Sequence record: SRR2962707_925
DNA length: 64,000 bases
Strand: one strand, 5' to 3'
Part shown: positions 55,243 through 64,000 of the stretch, in pieces
How the letters are laid out: every line of letters starts with the position of its first letter
Position numbering within the stretch: the first letter of the stretch is position 1
The notes under the pieces: generated by a model
Database searches by the model: none
What the model saw: only the letters and a program-made list of their open reading frames with translations
Told to the model about the DNA's origin: nothing
Position numbers and translations under genes: made by a program

Positions 55243-56625
55243 GTGGCTGTCAGTCTGTTTGAGCTGTTCAAGGCAGGCATTGGCCCGTCCAGTTCCCATA
55301 CCGTCGGGCCCATGGAGGCCGCGCGCCGGTTTGCAGGTGGCCTGGACGATGAATGTCTGCTGGCTTCCGTGCATCGACTGAAGGTATCCCTATATGGCTC
55401 TTTAGGTGCTACCGGCAAGGGGCATGGTACTGGACCGGCTGTGATGATGGGGCTGGAAGGCGAGCAACCGGCCCGGATTGATCCGGAGCAAATGCCGGGG
55501 CGGCTTGAGCGTATTCGAAGCACAGGAACACTCAGCCTCGCTGGTCAACATCAGATTCGTTTCCGCGAGAGTACCGATATCGTGTATTACCGACGGAAAT
55601 CCCTGCCAGAACACCCCAACGGCATGGTCTGTCAGGCATTTGACGAGCACGGGCAGTGCCTGTGTGAGCATACCTATTACTCGGTCGGCGGTGGTTTTGT
55701 GGTGGCGGCGAACGCCGATGGCAGCCTGGAAATCCGCGCAGACGACACGCCCTTGCCTTATCCCTTCAACAGCGGGAAAACCCTGTTGGCCCTTTGCCAG
55801 GAACACGAGCTCACCATCGCCGACATAATGTTGGCCAATGAGCAGGCCTGGCGTACGGCCGATGACATTCGAACGGGCATTCTCGAGCTCTGGCGGGTGA
55901 TGCGTGAGTGTGTGCAAAACGGTATCCGCCATGAAGGGGAGTTGCCCGGAGGCCTCAAGGTTCGGCGCAGGGCTGCGTCGCTGTATCGCTCGCTGATGGA
56001 TAAAACGCGAGTGGACCTGATATCGCCGTCGTTGAGCGCGCTCGACTGGGTGAATCTCTATGCCCTCGCCGTCAATGAAGAGAACGCGGCCGGCGGTCGG
56101 ATTGTGACTGCACCGACCAACGGCGCCGCCGGCATTATTCCTGCGGTGCTGCACTACTACTGGGAGTTCTGCCCCCAGGCGGATGAAGACGGCGTTGTCC
56201 GCTTTATGCTGACAGCGGCGGCAATTGGCGTTCTGTTCAAAGAAAACGCGTCCATTTCAGGGGCGGAAGTGGGTTGTCAGGGCGAAGTGGGATCGGCCTG
56301 TGCGATGGCTGCTGCCGGCCTGGCTGCAGCGACAGGCGGCTCACCGGAACAGGTTGAGAACGCGGCCGAGATTGGTATGGAGCACCATTTGGGGATGACC
56401 TGTGACCCCATTGGTGGGTTGGTGCAAATTCCCTGTATCGAGCGTAATGCCATGGCATCGGTGAAAGCCATCGACGCAGCCATTATGGCTTTGCGGGGAG
56501 ACGGCAAGCATTTTGTGTCCCTCGACAAGGTGCTGCACACCATGCGGGAAACCGGTCGCGATATGCTGGACAAGTACAAGGAAACTTCAAGAGGCGGGCT
56601 GGCGGTCAACATCATCGAGTGCTGA
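55243..56625 (+). CDS. sdaA: L-serine ammonia-lyase (Fe-S dependent)
   Basis: [56 protein letters not shown]. Confidence 0.95.
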   Translation: MAVSLFELFKAGIGPSSSHTVGPMEAARRFAGGLDDECLLASVHRLKVSLYGSLGATGKGHGTGPAVMMGLEGEQPARIDPEQMPGRLERIRSTGTLSLAGQHQIRFRESTDIVYYRRKSLPEHPNGMVCQAFDEHGQCLCEHTYYSVGGGFVVAANADGSLEIRADDTPLPYPFNSGKTLLALCQEHELTIADIMLANEQAWRTADDIRTGILELWRVMRECVQNGIRHEGELPGGLKVRRRAASLYRSLMDKTRVDLISPSLSALDWVNLYALAVNEENAAGGRIVTAPTNGAAGIIPAVLHYYWEFCPQADEDGVVRFMLTAAAIGVLFKENASISGAEVGCQGEVGSACAMAAAGLAAATGGSPEQVENAAEIGMEHHLGMTCDPIGGLVQIPCIERNAMASVKAIDAAIMALRGDGKHFVSLDKVLHTMRETGRDMLDKYKETSRGGLAVNIIEC

Positions 56626-56652
56626 CCGCCAGTGTTGGCTGAACGACAGCGT

Positions 56653-59223
56653 TCAGGACTTGACCCGCTCGTTGTCCGGATCAAACAGCGCCCGGTAGCC
56701 GACGGCTTCGATACGGATGGGGTAGTGCTCCTGGAAGTATTCCAGGGTCAGTTCCCGGCCCTCCTGAGCATACTCCACGGGAATGTACCCCAGCAGGATG
56801 ATCTTGCCCACTGACGGCCCCCACACCACGCTGGTGTTGTAGGAGCGGCGGCCGTGACTGTCCACCAGCACTTCTCCGGTTTGCGGGTCGAGGATCGGCC
56901 ACTGGCCAACCGGGTAGCGCAATACCCCGTTGGCATCCCGATGTTCCGTCATGGTCATGGTGCACAGGTACGCGGCCTGCTGTGACCAGCTTCGTTGTTC
57001 CAGGTAGGCGGCCTTGCCATGGAAGTCTGCCTCCTTGACCTTGGGTCGCTGGAGTCCGGCTTCGTAAAGGTTGTACTCCGTTTCGAGGTCTACGTTCTGC
57101 AGCCGCAGGCTCTTCTCCAGACGGCGCGTGTTGGCGTAGGTTTCGATGCCAACCGGCGTAACGCCAGCGTCGTACAGCAGATCCCAGATTCGCAGGCCAT
57201 AGCTGAACGGGAAGTAGAGCTCCCAGCCCTGTTCGCCCACATAGGATATCCGGAACGCCCACACCGGCACGCCCTGGACATTCAGTTCCCGGGCGGTGGC
57301 AAATGGGAAATTCTCTGCCGACAGCTCGTCAGGGTTGGTGACGAACTGTGCCAGCGTTTCCCGCGCCTTCGGCCCCCAAAGCCCCAGGGTGGCCAGCTCA
57401 TCGGTGCGGTCCTGCAGGCGGATATTGTTCAGGCCTTTTTCCCGTGCGATGCGTTTGATCCAGCAATGGTCCCGATGGCCAGTGTCGCCGCCGCAGACCA
57501 CCCGATAATCGTTGTCGCCCCGCCGGATGATGGTCAGGTCTGAGCGGATGCCGCCACGGGCATCCAGAAAGTGAGTATAAACACCCTTGCCATGAGGGAT
57601 GGTACCGCCCACCTTGGCGACGGACAGATACTCCAGCAGAGTTTCGGCGTCGTCTCCGGAGATGTCGAAAATAGCGAAGTGGGACAGGTTGATCATGCCC
57701 ACCGATTCGCTCATTTCCAGTTGCTCGGCGTTGGACACTTCCCAGAAATGCCGGGCGTCCCATTCATGTTCCCGTACCGGAATGCGGTCGCGGTATTTCG
57801 CCAGCAAAGTGGACTCGTTCGCGGCGTAGCCGTGAGCCCGCTCCCAGCCGGCGGCTTCCATGAAGTAGGCACCCAGCTCGACTTCCCGCAGATAGAAGGG
57901 GCTGGTTCGCATCCTGCGACCGGTCATGTAGGGCTCGCGGGGATGCACCGCCGGGGTGTAGATTTTTTTGGCGGTTTCGTAGCAGCGGTTGTACACGTAG
58001 TTCGGGGTTTTCTGCAGCGGATAGTGGCGGGCGATGTCGATGCTGTGGGGGTCCATCTCCGGAGAGCCATGGGTCATCCAGTCCGCCAGGATTTTGCCTG
58101 CACCGGGGCCATCCTTGACCCAGACCGCTTCACAGAACCAGAGGTTGCGCACTTCCGGGGATTCCCCCATCAGTGATCCGCCGTCGGGTGTGACCGACAG
58201 CAGGCCGTTAAAGGAGTGCTTTTCCTCCCAGCCCAGTTCGCCAAGGATCGGCGTCATTTCGATGGCTTTTTCGTAGGCGTCCATAACCTGATCCAACGTC
58301 AGATCTCGCATGGATGGCGACATCCGCGCCTCGCCGGGCTCGGAAATGGCCGCGGGGTAGACCAGTCGGGGATCTTCCGCTTCGTAATAGCCCCACTCAA
58401 TGCGGCCACCCTCGGTGGTGGTAGGGTCGCCAGTATCCCGCACGTAGGCGGAGTTGCCCTGGTCGCGGAACAAGGGATAGACAATCTGCTTACCGGTGCC
58501 GGCCAGTTCCTCGTAAGGGCCGAAGAACAGCAGCGGGTGTTCCAGTGGCATCAGCGGCAGGGGCGAGTTGGCGGTGTTGGCCATCAGGGGCCCCCAGATG
58601 CCCATGGACAGCACCACATACTCGGTTTCGATATAGCCCTTGTGGGTTTCAACGCCCCGTACCTGGCCGTTCTGTACGTCGATGCGGATGGCCGGTGTGT
58701 AGGCAAAGGCCTGCAATTTTCCGGTAGCGACCGCCTCTTCAACCAGATCGCCTGCAACGCTCTGGGAGCGGGGCACCACCAGCCCCGCGTCCGGGTCCCA
58801 CATGGCGCCCTGGATACAGTCTTCGTTCAGCAGGGGAAACAGTTCTTTCGCCTGTTTCGGTGAAATCATACTGACGTTGGTGCCGAACGCCTTGCCGGAA
58901 CCGACCTTGCGGCGGAGTTCGTCCATGCGCTCGTCGTCATCAGCGCGAGCCACTTCCATGCCGCCGCATTTCACATAGTTGCCGCGCTTTTCATAGAACG
59001 CCTGGCTGTACTTGGTGGTGTAGATATTCAGCTTGTCGTGGGAGGTGGTGAAGCAGAAGTCCGAGGCATGGGAGGTAGAGCCGATGTCCGAGGGAATGGC
59101 GGATTTTTCCAGCCCGACGATGTCATCCCAGCCCTGTTCGATCAGGTGGTGGGCGACCGATGAGCCAACGATACCGCCCTGGCCAATGATGACGACTTTT
59201 GCACGTTTCGGTAGTTGTGCCAT
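56653..59223 (-). CDS. Dimethylglycine oxidase/[17 protein letters not shown] FAD oxidoreductase with GcvT (THF-binding) domains
   Basis: Rossmann IIGQGGIVG, GSTSHA (covalent FAD His), TPDG...GE, GWERA, RISYVGEQGWE, RRLEKS; 856 aa. Confidence 0.85.
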   Translation of the reverse strand: MAQLPKRAKVVIIGQGGIVGSSVAHHLIEQGWDDIVGLEKSAIPSDIGSTSHASDFCFTTSHDKLNIYTTKYSQAFYEKRGNYVKCGGMEVARADDDERMDELRRKVGSGKAFGTNVSMISPKQAKELFPLLNEDCIQGAMWDPDAGLVVPRSQSVAGDLVEEAVATGKLQAFAYTPAIRIDVQNGQVRGVETHKGYIETEYVVLSMGIWGPLMANTANSPLPLMPLEHPLLFFGPYEELAGTGKQIVYPLFRDQGNSAYVRDTGDPTTTEGGRIEWGYYEAEDPRLVYPAAISEPGEARMSPSMRDLTLDQVMDAYEKAIEMTPILGELGWEEKHSFNGLLSVTPDGGSLMGESPEVRNLWFCEAVWVKDGPGAGKILADWMTHGSPEMDPHSIDIARHYPLQKTPNYVYNRCYETAKKIYTPAVHPREPYMTGRRMRTSPFYLREVELGAYFMEAAGWERAHGYAANESTLLAKYRDRIPVREHEWDARHFWEVSNAEQLEMSESVGMINLSHFAIFDISGDDAETLLEYLSVAKVGGTIPHGKGVYTHFLDARGGIRSDLTIIRRGDNDYRVVCGGDTGHRDHCWIKRIAREKGLNNIRLQDRTDELATLGLWGPKARETLAQFVTNPDELSAENFPFATARELNVQGVPVWAFRISYVGEQGWELYFPFSYGLRIWDLLYDAGVTPVGIETYANTRRLEKSLRLQNVDLETEYNLYEAGLQRPKVKEADFHGKAAYLEQRSWSQQAAYLCTMTMTEHRDANGVLRYPVGQWPILDPQTGEVLVDSHGRRSYNTSVVWGPSVGKIILLGYIPVEYAQEGRELTLEYFQEHYPIRIEAVGYRALFDPDNERVKS

Positions 59224-59262
59224 CTCGATTCCCCTTTACCCACAATGGCAGCCGCGTGCGCG

Positions 59263-59336
59263 GCCTTGATTCAATGTGGCCCGGATCGGTCAAGGATGGT
59301 AAATCCAATACGACACCAAGTCGTCCAAAAACGGCA
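59263..59336 (-). promoter_or_regulatory. GlxA/GbdR-type activator site plus -10 upstream of the DMG-oxidase-like gene
   Basis: Minus strand TGCCGTTTTTGG-N8-GTGTCGTATTGG, then 22 nt, then GGGCCACATT; same layout as 49631-49694. Confidence 0.72.
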
Positions 59337-59354
59337 GGGATGCTCGCGTAGCGT

Positions 59355-60473
59355 TCAGGCCAGTTCGCAGGCCTCCGTAATCACCCGGTTTCGGCCAGCG
59401 GCCTTGGCGCGGTATAGCATGGCGTCGGCCCGGCTGATGGCATCCTCGATGCCCTGTCCAGGCAGGTACTCGGCAATACCGACGGTGGCAGTCACGGAGA
59501 CACCCGCGATGGGTGCCCTTTCAATGGCGCGGCGGCAGCGTTGTGCGGCGTGGCGGGCGCTGCGAAGGTCCACGCCCGGTGTGGCGACGAGGAATTCGTC
59601 TCCGCCCCAGCGAGCGGCGAGGTCCACTTCACGAACGGTTTTGGAAAGGATAGCGGCAAATTCGCGAATCACCGCATCACCAACTTCGTGGCCGTAGTCA
59701 TCGTTGATGCTCTTGAATTCGTCAATATCAATCAGAATGATGGTCAGAGGGCGCTGGTATCGGTCTGCCTGGGCGGCTTCGGCAGACAGGAAACGGTCAG
59801 CACCCCGGCGGTTTGCCAGGCCGCATAGCGGATCTGTGTTCGCCCAATGGTGCAGGGTCTCGGCTCGCGCAAAGGCACTCCAGGAGCGTTCACGCAGCAG
59901 CGTTCCGGCGCTGGTAAGCACCAACAGAACGGTGAGGAACAGATGGATGCGCAGCAGGTATACCCAGTTTTGACAGTGATCGCCTGCTGCCAGGAAGCAT
60001 TGAGAGACTTCCTGAGTGGTCAGCGCGCCCGAAAACAGCAAGGTCGCGACACCTGTCACCATGCCGCCCCGAAAACCAAGCGCAATAAAACCGCCAACGA
60101 TCATGATACCCACTGCCCAGTAGTGCCCGCCCGTGAGCAAAAGAAGGTGTTCGCCGAGCGGGTCGCCAACCGCAAAATGCCATGCGAGGCGGCTGAGTAT
60201 CATCGTACCGACCACGGCAACGAGGGTGATTTCCATGGTTCTGAGCTGCAAGGATCGGCGCCAGAATGCGAAGCCAAGAATGGTGAGAATGACAGAAAAA
60301 ACAGGGTAGGCGATGGTAATGAACGGGTCGCCCTGTTCCCGGAAGGCCCAACTGAGCATCATGATAGCCACGGTCAAGGCCAGAACGCCAAGATAGGTGC
60401 GCCGCCGGTAGGTCTCAAGGCGGTTAAGTTCTATTTTGACGGCTTGGAGATGATTTCCGGGTGCTGGGTCCAT
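59355..60473 (-). CDS. Membrane-bound GGDEF diguanylate cyclase
   Basis: N-terminal TM segments, D.LCGLANR, DIDEFKSIND, REVD I-site, WGGDEF. Confidence 0.9.
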   Translation of the reverse strand: MDPAPGNHLQAVKIELNRLETYRRRTYLGVLALTVAIMMLSWAFREQGDPFITIAYPVFSVILTILGFAFWRRSLQLRTMEITLVAVVGTMILSRLAWHFAVGDPLGEHLLLLTGGHYWAVGIMIVGGFIALGFRGGMVTGVATLLFSGALTTQEVSQCFLAAGDHCQNWVYLLRIHLFLTVLLVLTSAGTLLRERSWSAFARAETLHHWANTDPLCGLANRRGADRFLSAEAAQADRYQRPLTIILIDIDEFKSINDDYGHEVGDAVIREFAAILSKTVREVDLAARWGGDEFLVATPGVDLRSARHAAQRCRRAIERAPIAGVSVTATVGIAEYLPGQGIEDAISRADAMLYRAKAAGRNRVITEACELA

Positions 60474-60649
60474 AGCGTTTGTAATTCCGTTTATCGCGGG
60501 CGCGCTTGGGGCGCCGACATAACCACAGAAGATTGTAGATATTTGCTACAGATATTATCGTGCATTCCGTGCGCGAGTCCACGTTTGCCAACCGATGTTG
60601 TCTGGCGGGATCATGGGGACCTGGCAATTTGATAGAGTAGACAGTCGTC

Positions 60650-61045
60650 ATGGGCAACGTTTATCAGATTCTCGCCGATACCGTCCTGACCATTCATCTG
60701 CTGGTGGTGGCCTTCGTTCTGTTCGGGTTGGTTCTGGTGCTGGCGGGCAACGGCCTGGGTTGGCGCTGGGTGAACAATTTGTGGTTCCGGCTGGCTCACC
60801 TGGGTGCGATTGCCATCGTGGTTGCAGAGGCCTGGCTTGGCATTGTCTGCCCGTTGACCACACTGGAAATATGGCTGCGGTCAAAGGCCGGTATTGATGG
60901 CTATACCGGCAGCTTTATCGAGCATTGGCTGCAGCAGATTCTCTATTACGATGCGCCTGCCTGGGTATTCATTGCCGCCTATACGGTATTCGGGCTTGTG
61001 GTCGTCGCTACCTGGTGGTGGTTTCCGCCTCGCTCGCGCAGATAG
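60650..61045 (+). CDS. DUF2784-family membrane protein
   Basis: LAD.V...HL, HL, CPLT.LE.WLR, FIEHW...ILY. Confidence 0.8.
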   Translation: MGNVYQILADTVLTIHLLVVAFVLFGLVLVLAGNGLGWRWVNNLWFRLAHLGAIAIVVAEAWLGIVCPLTTLEIWLRSKAGIDGYTGSFIEHWLQQILYYDAPAWVFIAAYTVFGLVVVATWWWFPPRSRR

Positions 61046-61079
61046 GTGCCATTCTCTCTTTTCCAAGGAGATTTTTAAC

Positions 61080-62117
61080 GTGGAGCTATCGTCTCCCGGA
61101 AGCTGGACCCTTCTTCAGGGTAGTCTCGTGTTTTTCGTGTGTGCCGCCATTATCGCGCTGGCCGGCACGCGTATCACACGGGTTGTGGACCAACTCGCTG
61201 ACCGCACTGGAATAGGAGAGGCCGCTGCGGGCGCGGTGCTTCTGGGGGCGTCGACATCCCTGGGTGGGTCGGTGCTGTCGGTGACTGCAGCGTGGCACGG
61301 CAACGCGGAACTGGCCGTGAGCAACGCTTTGGGTGGCATTGCTGTCCAGACGTTTTTCCTTGCGGTGGCGGATATGGTTTATCGTCGCGCCAATCTTGAG
61401 CATGCGGCTGCGTCTGTGCCGAACATGATGCAGAACGGCTTGCTGATTTGCCTTCTGGCGTTGATCCTGTTCGCGCCCCACCTGCCGGACGTGACGTTCT
61501 TCGGCGTTCATCCGGTCACGCCGGTTCTTCTGGGCGCCTACATCTACGGAATATACCTGGTGCGGGACGCATCGGAATCGCCCATGTGGCGGCCTTCAAT
61601 AACCAGGGACACGCGGCAAGACGAGCCTGACGACGTTACAGCCATGCCGCCGCTGCTGCGGCTTTGGATTGAATTTCTGGCGCTGATGCTGGTGCTCGGA
61701 ATTGCAGGCTGGATGCTGGAGCCGGCGGCAACGGTGATTGCAGACAGGGCTAACCTGAGCCAGACCATTGTTGGCGTGATGTTGACGGCGATCAGTACCT
61801 CAATCCCCGAGTTGGTGACGTCCATAGCCGCAGTTCGCCGAGGCGCTCTGACCTTGGCTGTAAGCGGTATTATTGGCGGCAACGCGTTCGACACGTTGTT
61901 TACTGCAGCCTCCGATATCGCCTACCGGGACGGGTCGATCTACCATGCCATGCCGGAGGATTCGGTATTCTGGGCGGCGCTCACCCTATTGATGTCCGGC
62001 GTGCTGATGATGGGATTAATCCGCCGTGAGCGTCACGGTATCGGTCAGATTGGTACAGAAAGCGTGGTTATCATGGTTCTCTATCTGCTGGGCGTAGTGT
62101 TGTTACTGGCTGGCTAG
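61080..62117 (+). CDS. Sodium:calcium antiporter (CaCA family)
   Basis: Alpha repeats GASTSL and AISTSIPELVT, GGNAFD; GTG 61080 after an AGGAG RBS. Confidence 0.85.
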   Translation: MELSSPGSWTLLQGSLVFFVCAAIIALAGTRITRVVDQLADRTGIGEAAAGAVLLGASTSLGGSVLSVTAAWHGNAELAVSNALGGIAVQTFFLAVADMVYRRANLEHAAASVPNMMQNGLLICLLALILFAPHLPDVTFFGVHPVTPVLLGAYIYGIYLVRDASESPMWRPSITRDTRQDEPDDVTAMPPLLRLWIEFLALMLVLGIAGWMLEPAATVIADRANLSQTIVGVMLTAISTSIPELVTSIAAVRRGALTLAVSGIIGGNAFDTLFTAASDIAYRDGSIYHAMPEDSVFWAALTLLMSGVLMMGLIRRERHGIGQIGTESVVIMVLYLLGVVLLLAG

Positions 62118-62617
62118 TCAAACCGTCTAGCCTGGCTGAAACGATCCCGCCAGTAGTATCCGTTGAGGGACGAGCGGGTAACGCCGATGGAGGTCGAGGA
62201 ATGAATGAAGCTGTCACCACCCATGTAGATGCCAGCATGCTGGTCCTTGCCTTTGATACGGAAAAACACCAGGTCGCCAGCACGCAGTTGGTCACGCCCG
62301 ACCACGTCACCGGATGCCAGCATCTGTGAGGTTGTACGGGGTAACTGACGGCCGAGGGCTTCATCGAAGGCAGTGGCGATGAAGCCAGAGCAATCGAAGC
62401 CATTGGCTGAGGTGCCGCCGTAGCGATAGGGCGTGCCTTCGTAACGCTCGAATACCTGCCATAACCGATCTGCTGTCGCAGCATCCTCGGGTGTGGCGTT
62501 GTGAGGGGGCTGCCAGGTGGTGCCATTCGTTGGAGGCAGGTTCTGGTTACTGGCGCAGCCTGCGAGGCCGACGGCCATCAGGATTGCGAGCATCGGAAGC
62601 ACTGGGCGCCGATTCAT
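62114..62617 (-). CDS. NlpC/P60 (C40) lipoprotein peptidase
   Basis: Lipobox LAGC; PYRYGG, FDCSG, GDLVFF, HAGIY, FIHSS. Confidence 0.92.
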   Translation of the reverse strand: MNRRPVLPMLAILMAVGLAGCASNQNLPPTNGTTWQPPHNATPEDAATADRLWQVFERYEGTPYRYGGTSANGFDCSGFIATAFDEALGRQLPRTTSQMLASGDVVGRDQLRAGDLVFFRIKGKDQHAGIYMGGDSFIHSSTSIGVTRSSLNGYYWRDRFSQARRFD

Positions 62618-62776
62618 GGGAAAGCCTCTAATCGTTTTACATGGGCCTACTCTAAAAGGCCTGGCGCCGGTTTGTCAGGTTAAAGTTTGCTTCGATTTGT
62701 TTTCTGCAGAGGCCACTTGACGGCTCGAGGACATTTCGCGAACTATGCCTTTAGGCTTCCAGCTTCCGAGGTTTCC

Positions 62777-64000
62777 ATGAGTCCTCCCTTTTCAGACAAG
62801 ACACAGCGCCTGTACGTAAGAAACGCCACCCTTGGTGATATACCGGGAATCATCGCCCTGAGCCGCCGAGTGTACGCGGGCACAGGGATGTATGGCTACA
62901 CAGCTGGCCCCCTGACAGGGCAGATCAACACCTTTCCTGAGGGCCAGTTTGTCGCCATGCTGGGTGACCGTGTGGTGGGGTATTGCGCCACGTTTCGTAT
63001 TGGTGAAGACGTTGCATTGGCGCCCCATGACTGGACAGAAATTACTGGTAATGGTTATGCCTCGCGCCACGACCCGGAAGGGGAGTGGCTGTACGGCATG
63101 GAGGTTTGTGTAGACCCCGACTGCCGTGGCTACCGCATTGGTGAGCGCCTGTACAACGAACGAAAAACGCTCTGCCAGGCGCTGGAGTTGCAGGGCGTTG
63201 TGTTCGCGGGCAGGTTACCGACGCTGGCCAAGCGCCTGAAGAAGTTTGAATCGGTGGAAGAGTACGTGGAGGCGGTGAAATCGAAAAAGCAGCGGGACCC
63301 AGTACTGTCGTTCCAATTACACAACGGTTTTGAAATCCACGGCATTATTCCGCACTACCTGGATGCTGACCACGCTTCCCTGGGTTACGGTATTCACCTG
63401 ACCTGGAGGAATCCCAAGGTGGCCCGCAACGGCGACAACGGCAAGCGCAAGCGATACGGCCGGCGAATGCCCGACACCGTTCGGATCGGCACGGTCCAGT
63501 ACCAGCAGCGCCGGGTGGCATCGTTTGAAGAATTCAGCGACATCGTCCGGTACTTTGTGGATGTGGTGTCCACCTACAAAGGTGATTTCGTGGTGTTCCC
63601 GGAGTTGTTCACGCTGCAATTGCTGTCCATTGAAAGCCGTGAAGGGACCCCGGCGGAAGCCATCGAAGCGGTGACGGAATACGCCGAACCCTTCCGCAAC
63701 CTGATGCGCGATCTGGCCCTGAGGCACAACATCAACATTATCGGTGGCTCCACGCCGGTCAAGGAAGAGGACGGCCGGGTTCGCAATGTTGCCTACGTGT
63801 TCCTGAGAGACGGGCAAGTGTTCTCGCAGCCCAAGATTCACCCCACGCCGAACGAAGCCTATTGGTGGAATATCACCGGTGGCAGCCGTGTCACTGCCAT
63901 TGAAACCGATTGCGGCCCCATTGGGGTCCTGGTTTGCTACGACGCGGAGTTTCCCGAGCTGACGCGTCATCTGGTGGACCAGGGCATCCAGATCCTGTTC
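62777..64000 (+). CDS. Bifunctional GNAT N-acetyltransferase / carbon-nitrogen hydrolase (3' end outside the window)
   Basis: Not in the ORF track. Manual translation: MSPPFSDKTQRLYVRNATLGD...FPEGQFVA...LYGMEVCVDP..RGYRIG (GNAT), then VVFPELF, QPKIHPT, VCYDAEFPE (nitrilase E-K-C triad). Confidence 0.88.
   Translation, partial: MSPPFSDKTQRLYVRNATLGDIPGIIALSRRVYAGTGMYGYTAGPLTGQINTFPEGQFVAMLGDRVVGYCATFRIGEDVALAPHDWTEITGNGYASRHDPEGEWLYGMEVCVDPDCRGYRIGERLYNERKTLCQALELQGVVFAGRLPTLAKRLKKFESVEEYVEAVKSKKQRDPVLSFQLHNGFEIHGIIPHYLDADHASLGYGIHLTWRNPKVARNGDNGKRKRYGRRMPDTVRIGTVQYQQRRVASFEEFSDIVRYFVDVVSTYKGDFVVFPELFTLQLLSIESREGTPAEAIEAVTEYAEPFRNLMRDLALRHNINIIGGSTPVKEEDGRVRNVAYVFLRDGQVFSQPKIHPTPNEAYWWNITGGSRVTAIETDCGPIGVLVCYDAEFPELTRHLVDQGIQILF

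Overview
A 64-kb chromosomal segment from a GC-rich gammaproteobacterium. It looks Marinobacter-like from gene content and protein style (inference only). No rRNA, tRNA, CRISPR array, integrase or transposase was recognised. In order, the window holds: partial atoE; a TRAP dctPQM transporter; a LysR/GST/NTF2/tautomerase/nitronate-monooxygenase cluster; an osmoprotectant ABC transporter (osmF/yehYXW-like); LysE; an OmdA protein, a MORN-C13 peptidase, a dual-HTH regulator and a beta-propeller; an MFS transporter; a 75-aa stand-alone protein resembling the GyrA/ParC winged-helix segment; a complete nuoA-N operon with fused nuoCD; AI-2E and MtfA-like genes; a DUF900 hydrolase; an SGNH lipoprotein paired with a lipase-chaperone-like gene; panE-like and SDR genes; the ptxABCDE phosphite oxidation operon with a 5-repeat Pho box; cspA; a run of small genes ending in a diguanylate cyclase; a methylated-glycine/C1 cluster; a second GGDEF gene; a Na/Ca antiporter; NlpC/P60; and a partial GNAT-nitrilase fusion. 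The C1 cluster comprises a DmdA-like THF methyltransferase, metF-like, fhs, a GlxA regulator, sdaA and a dimethylglycine-oxidase-like gene, and its four promoters share a TGTCG-based motif at a fixed 37-nt offset from the -10 element. Most notable: (1) this co-regulated THF-dependent demethylation module of unknown substrate, (2) the mini-GyrA-like protein, (3) the SGNH/foldase pair and (4) the dual-HTH/propeller pair.
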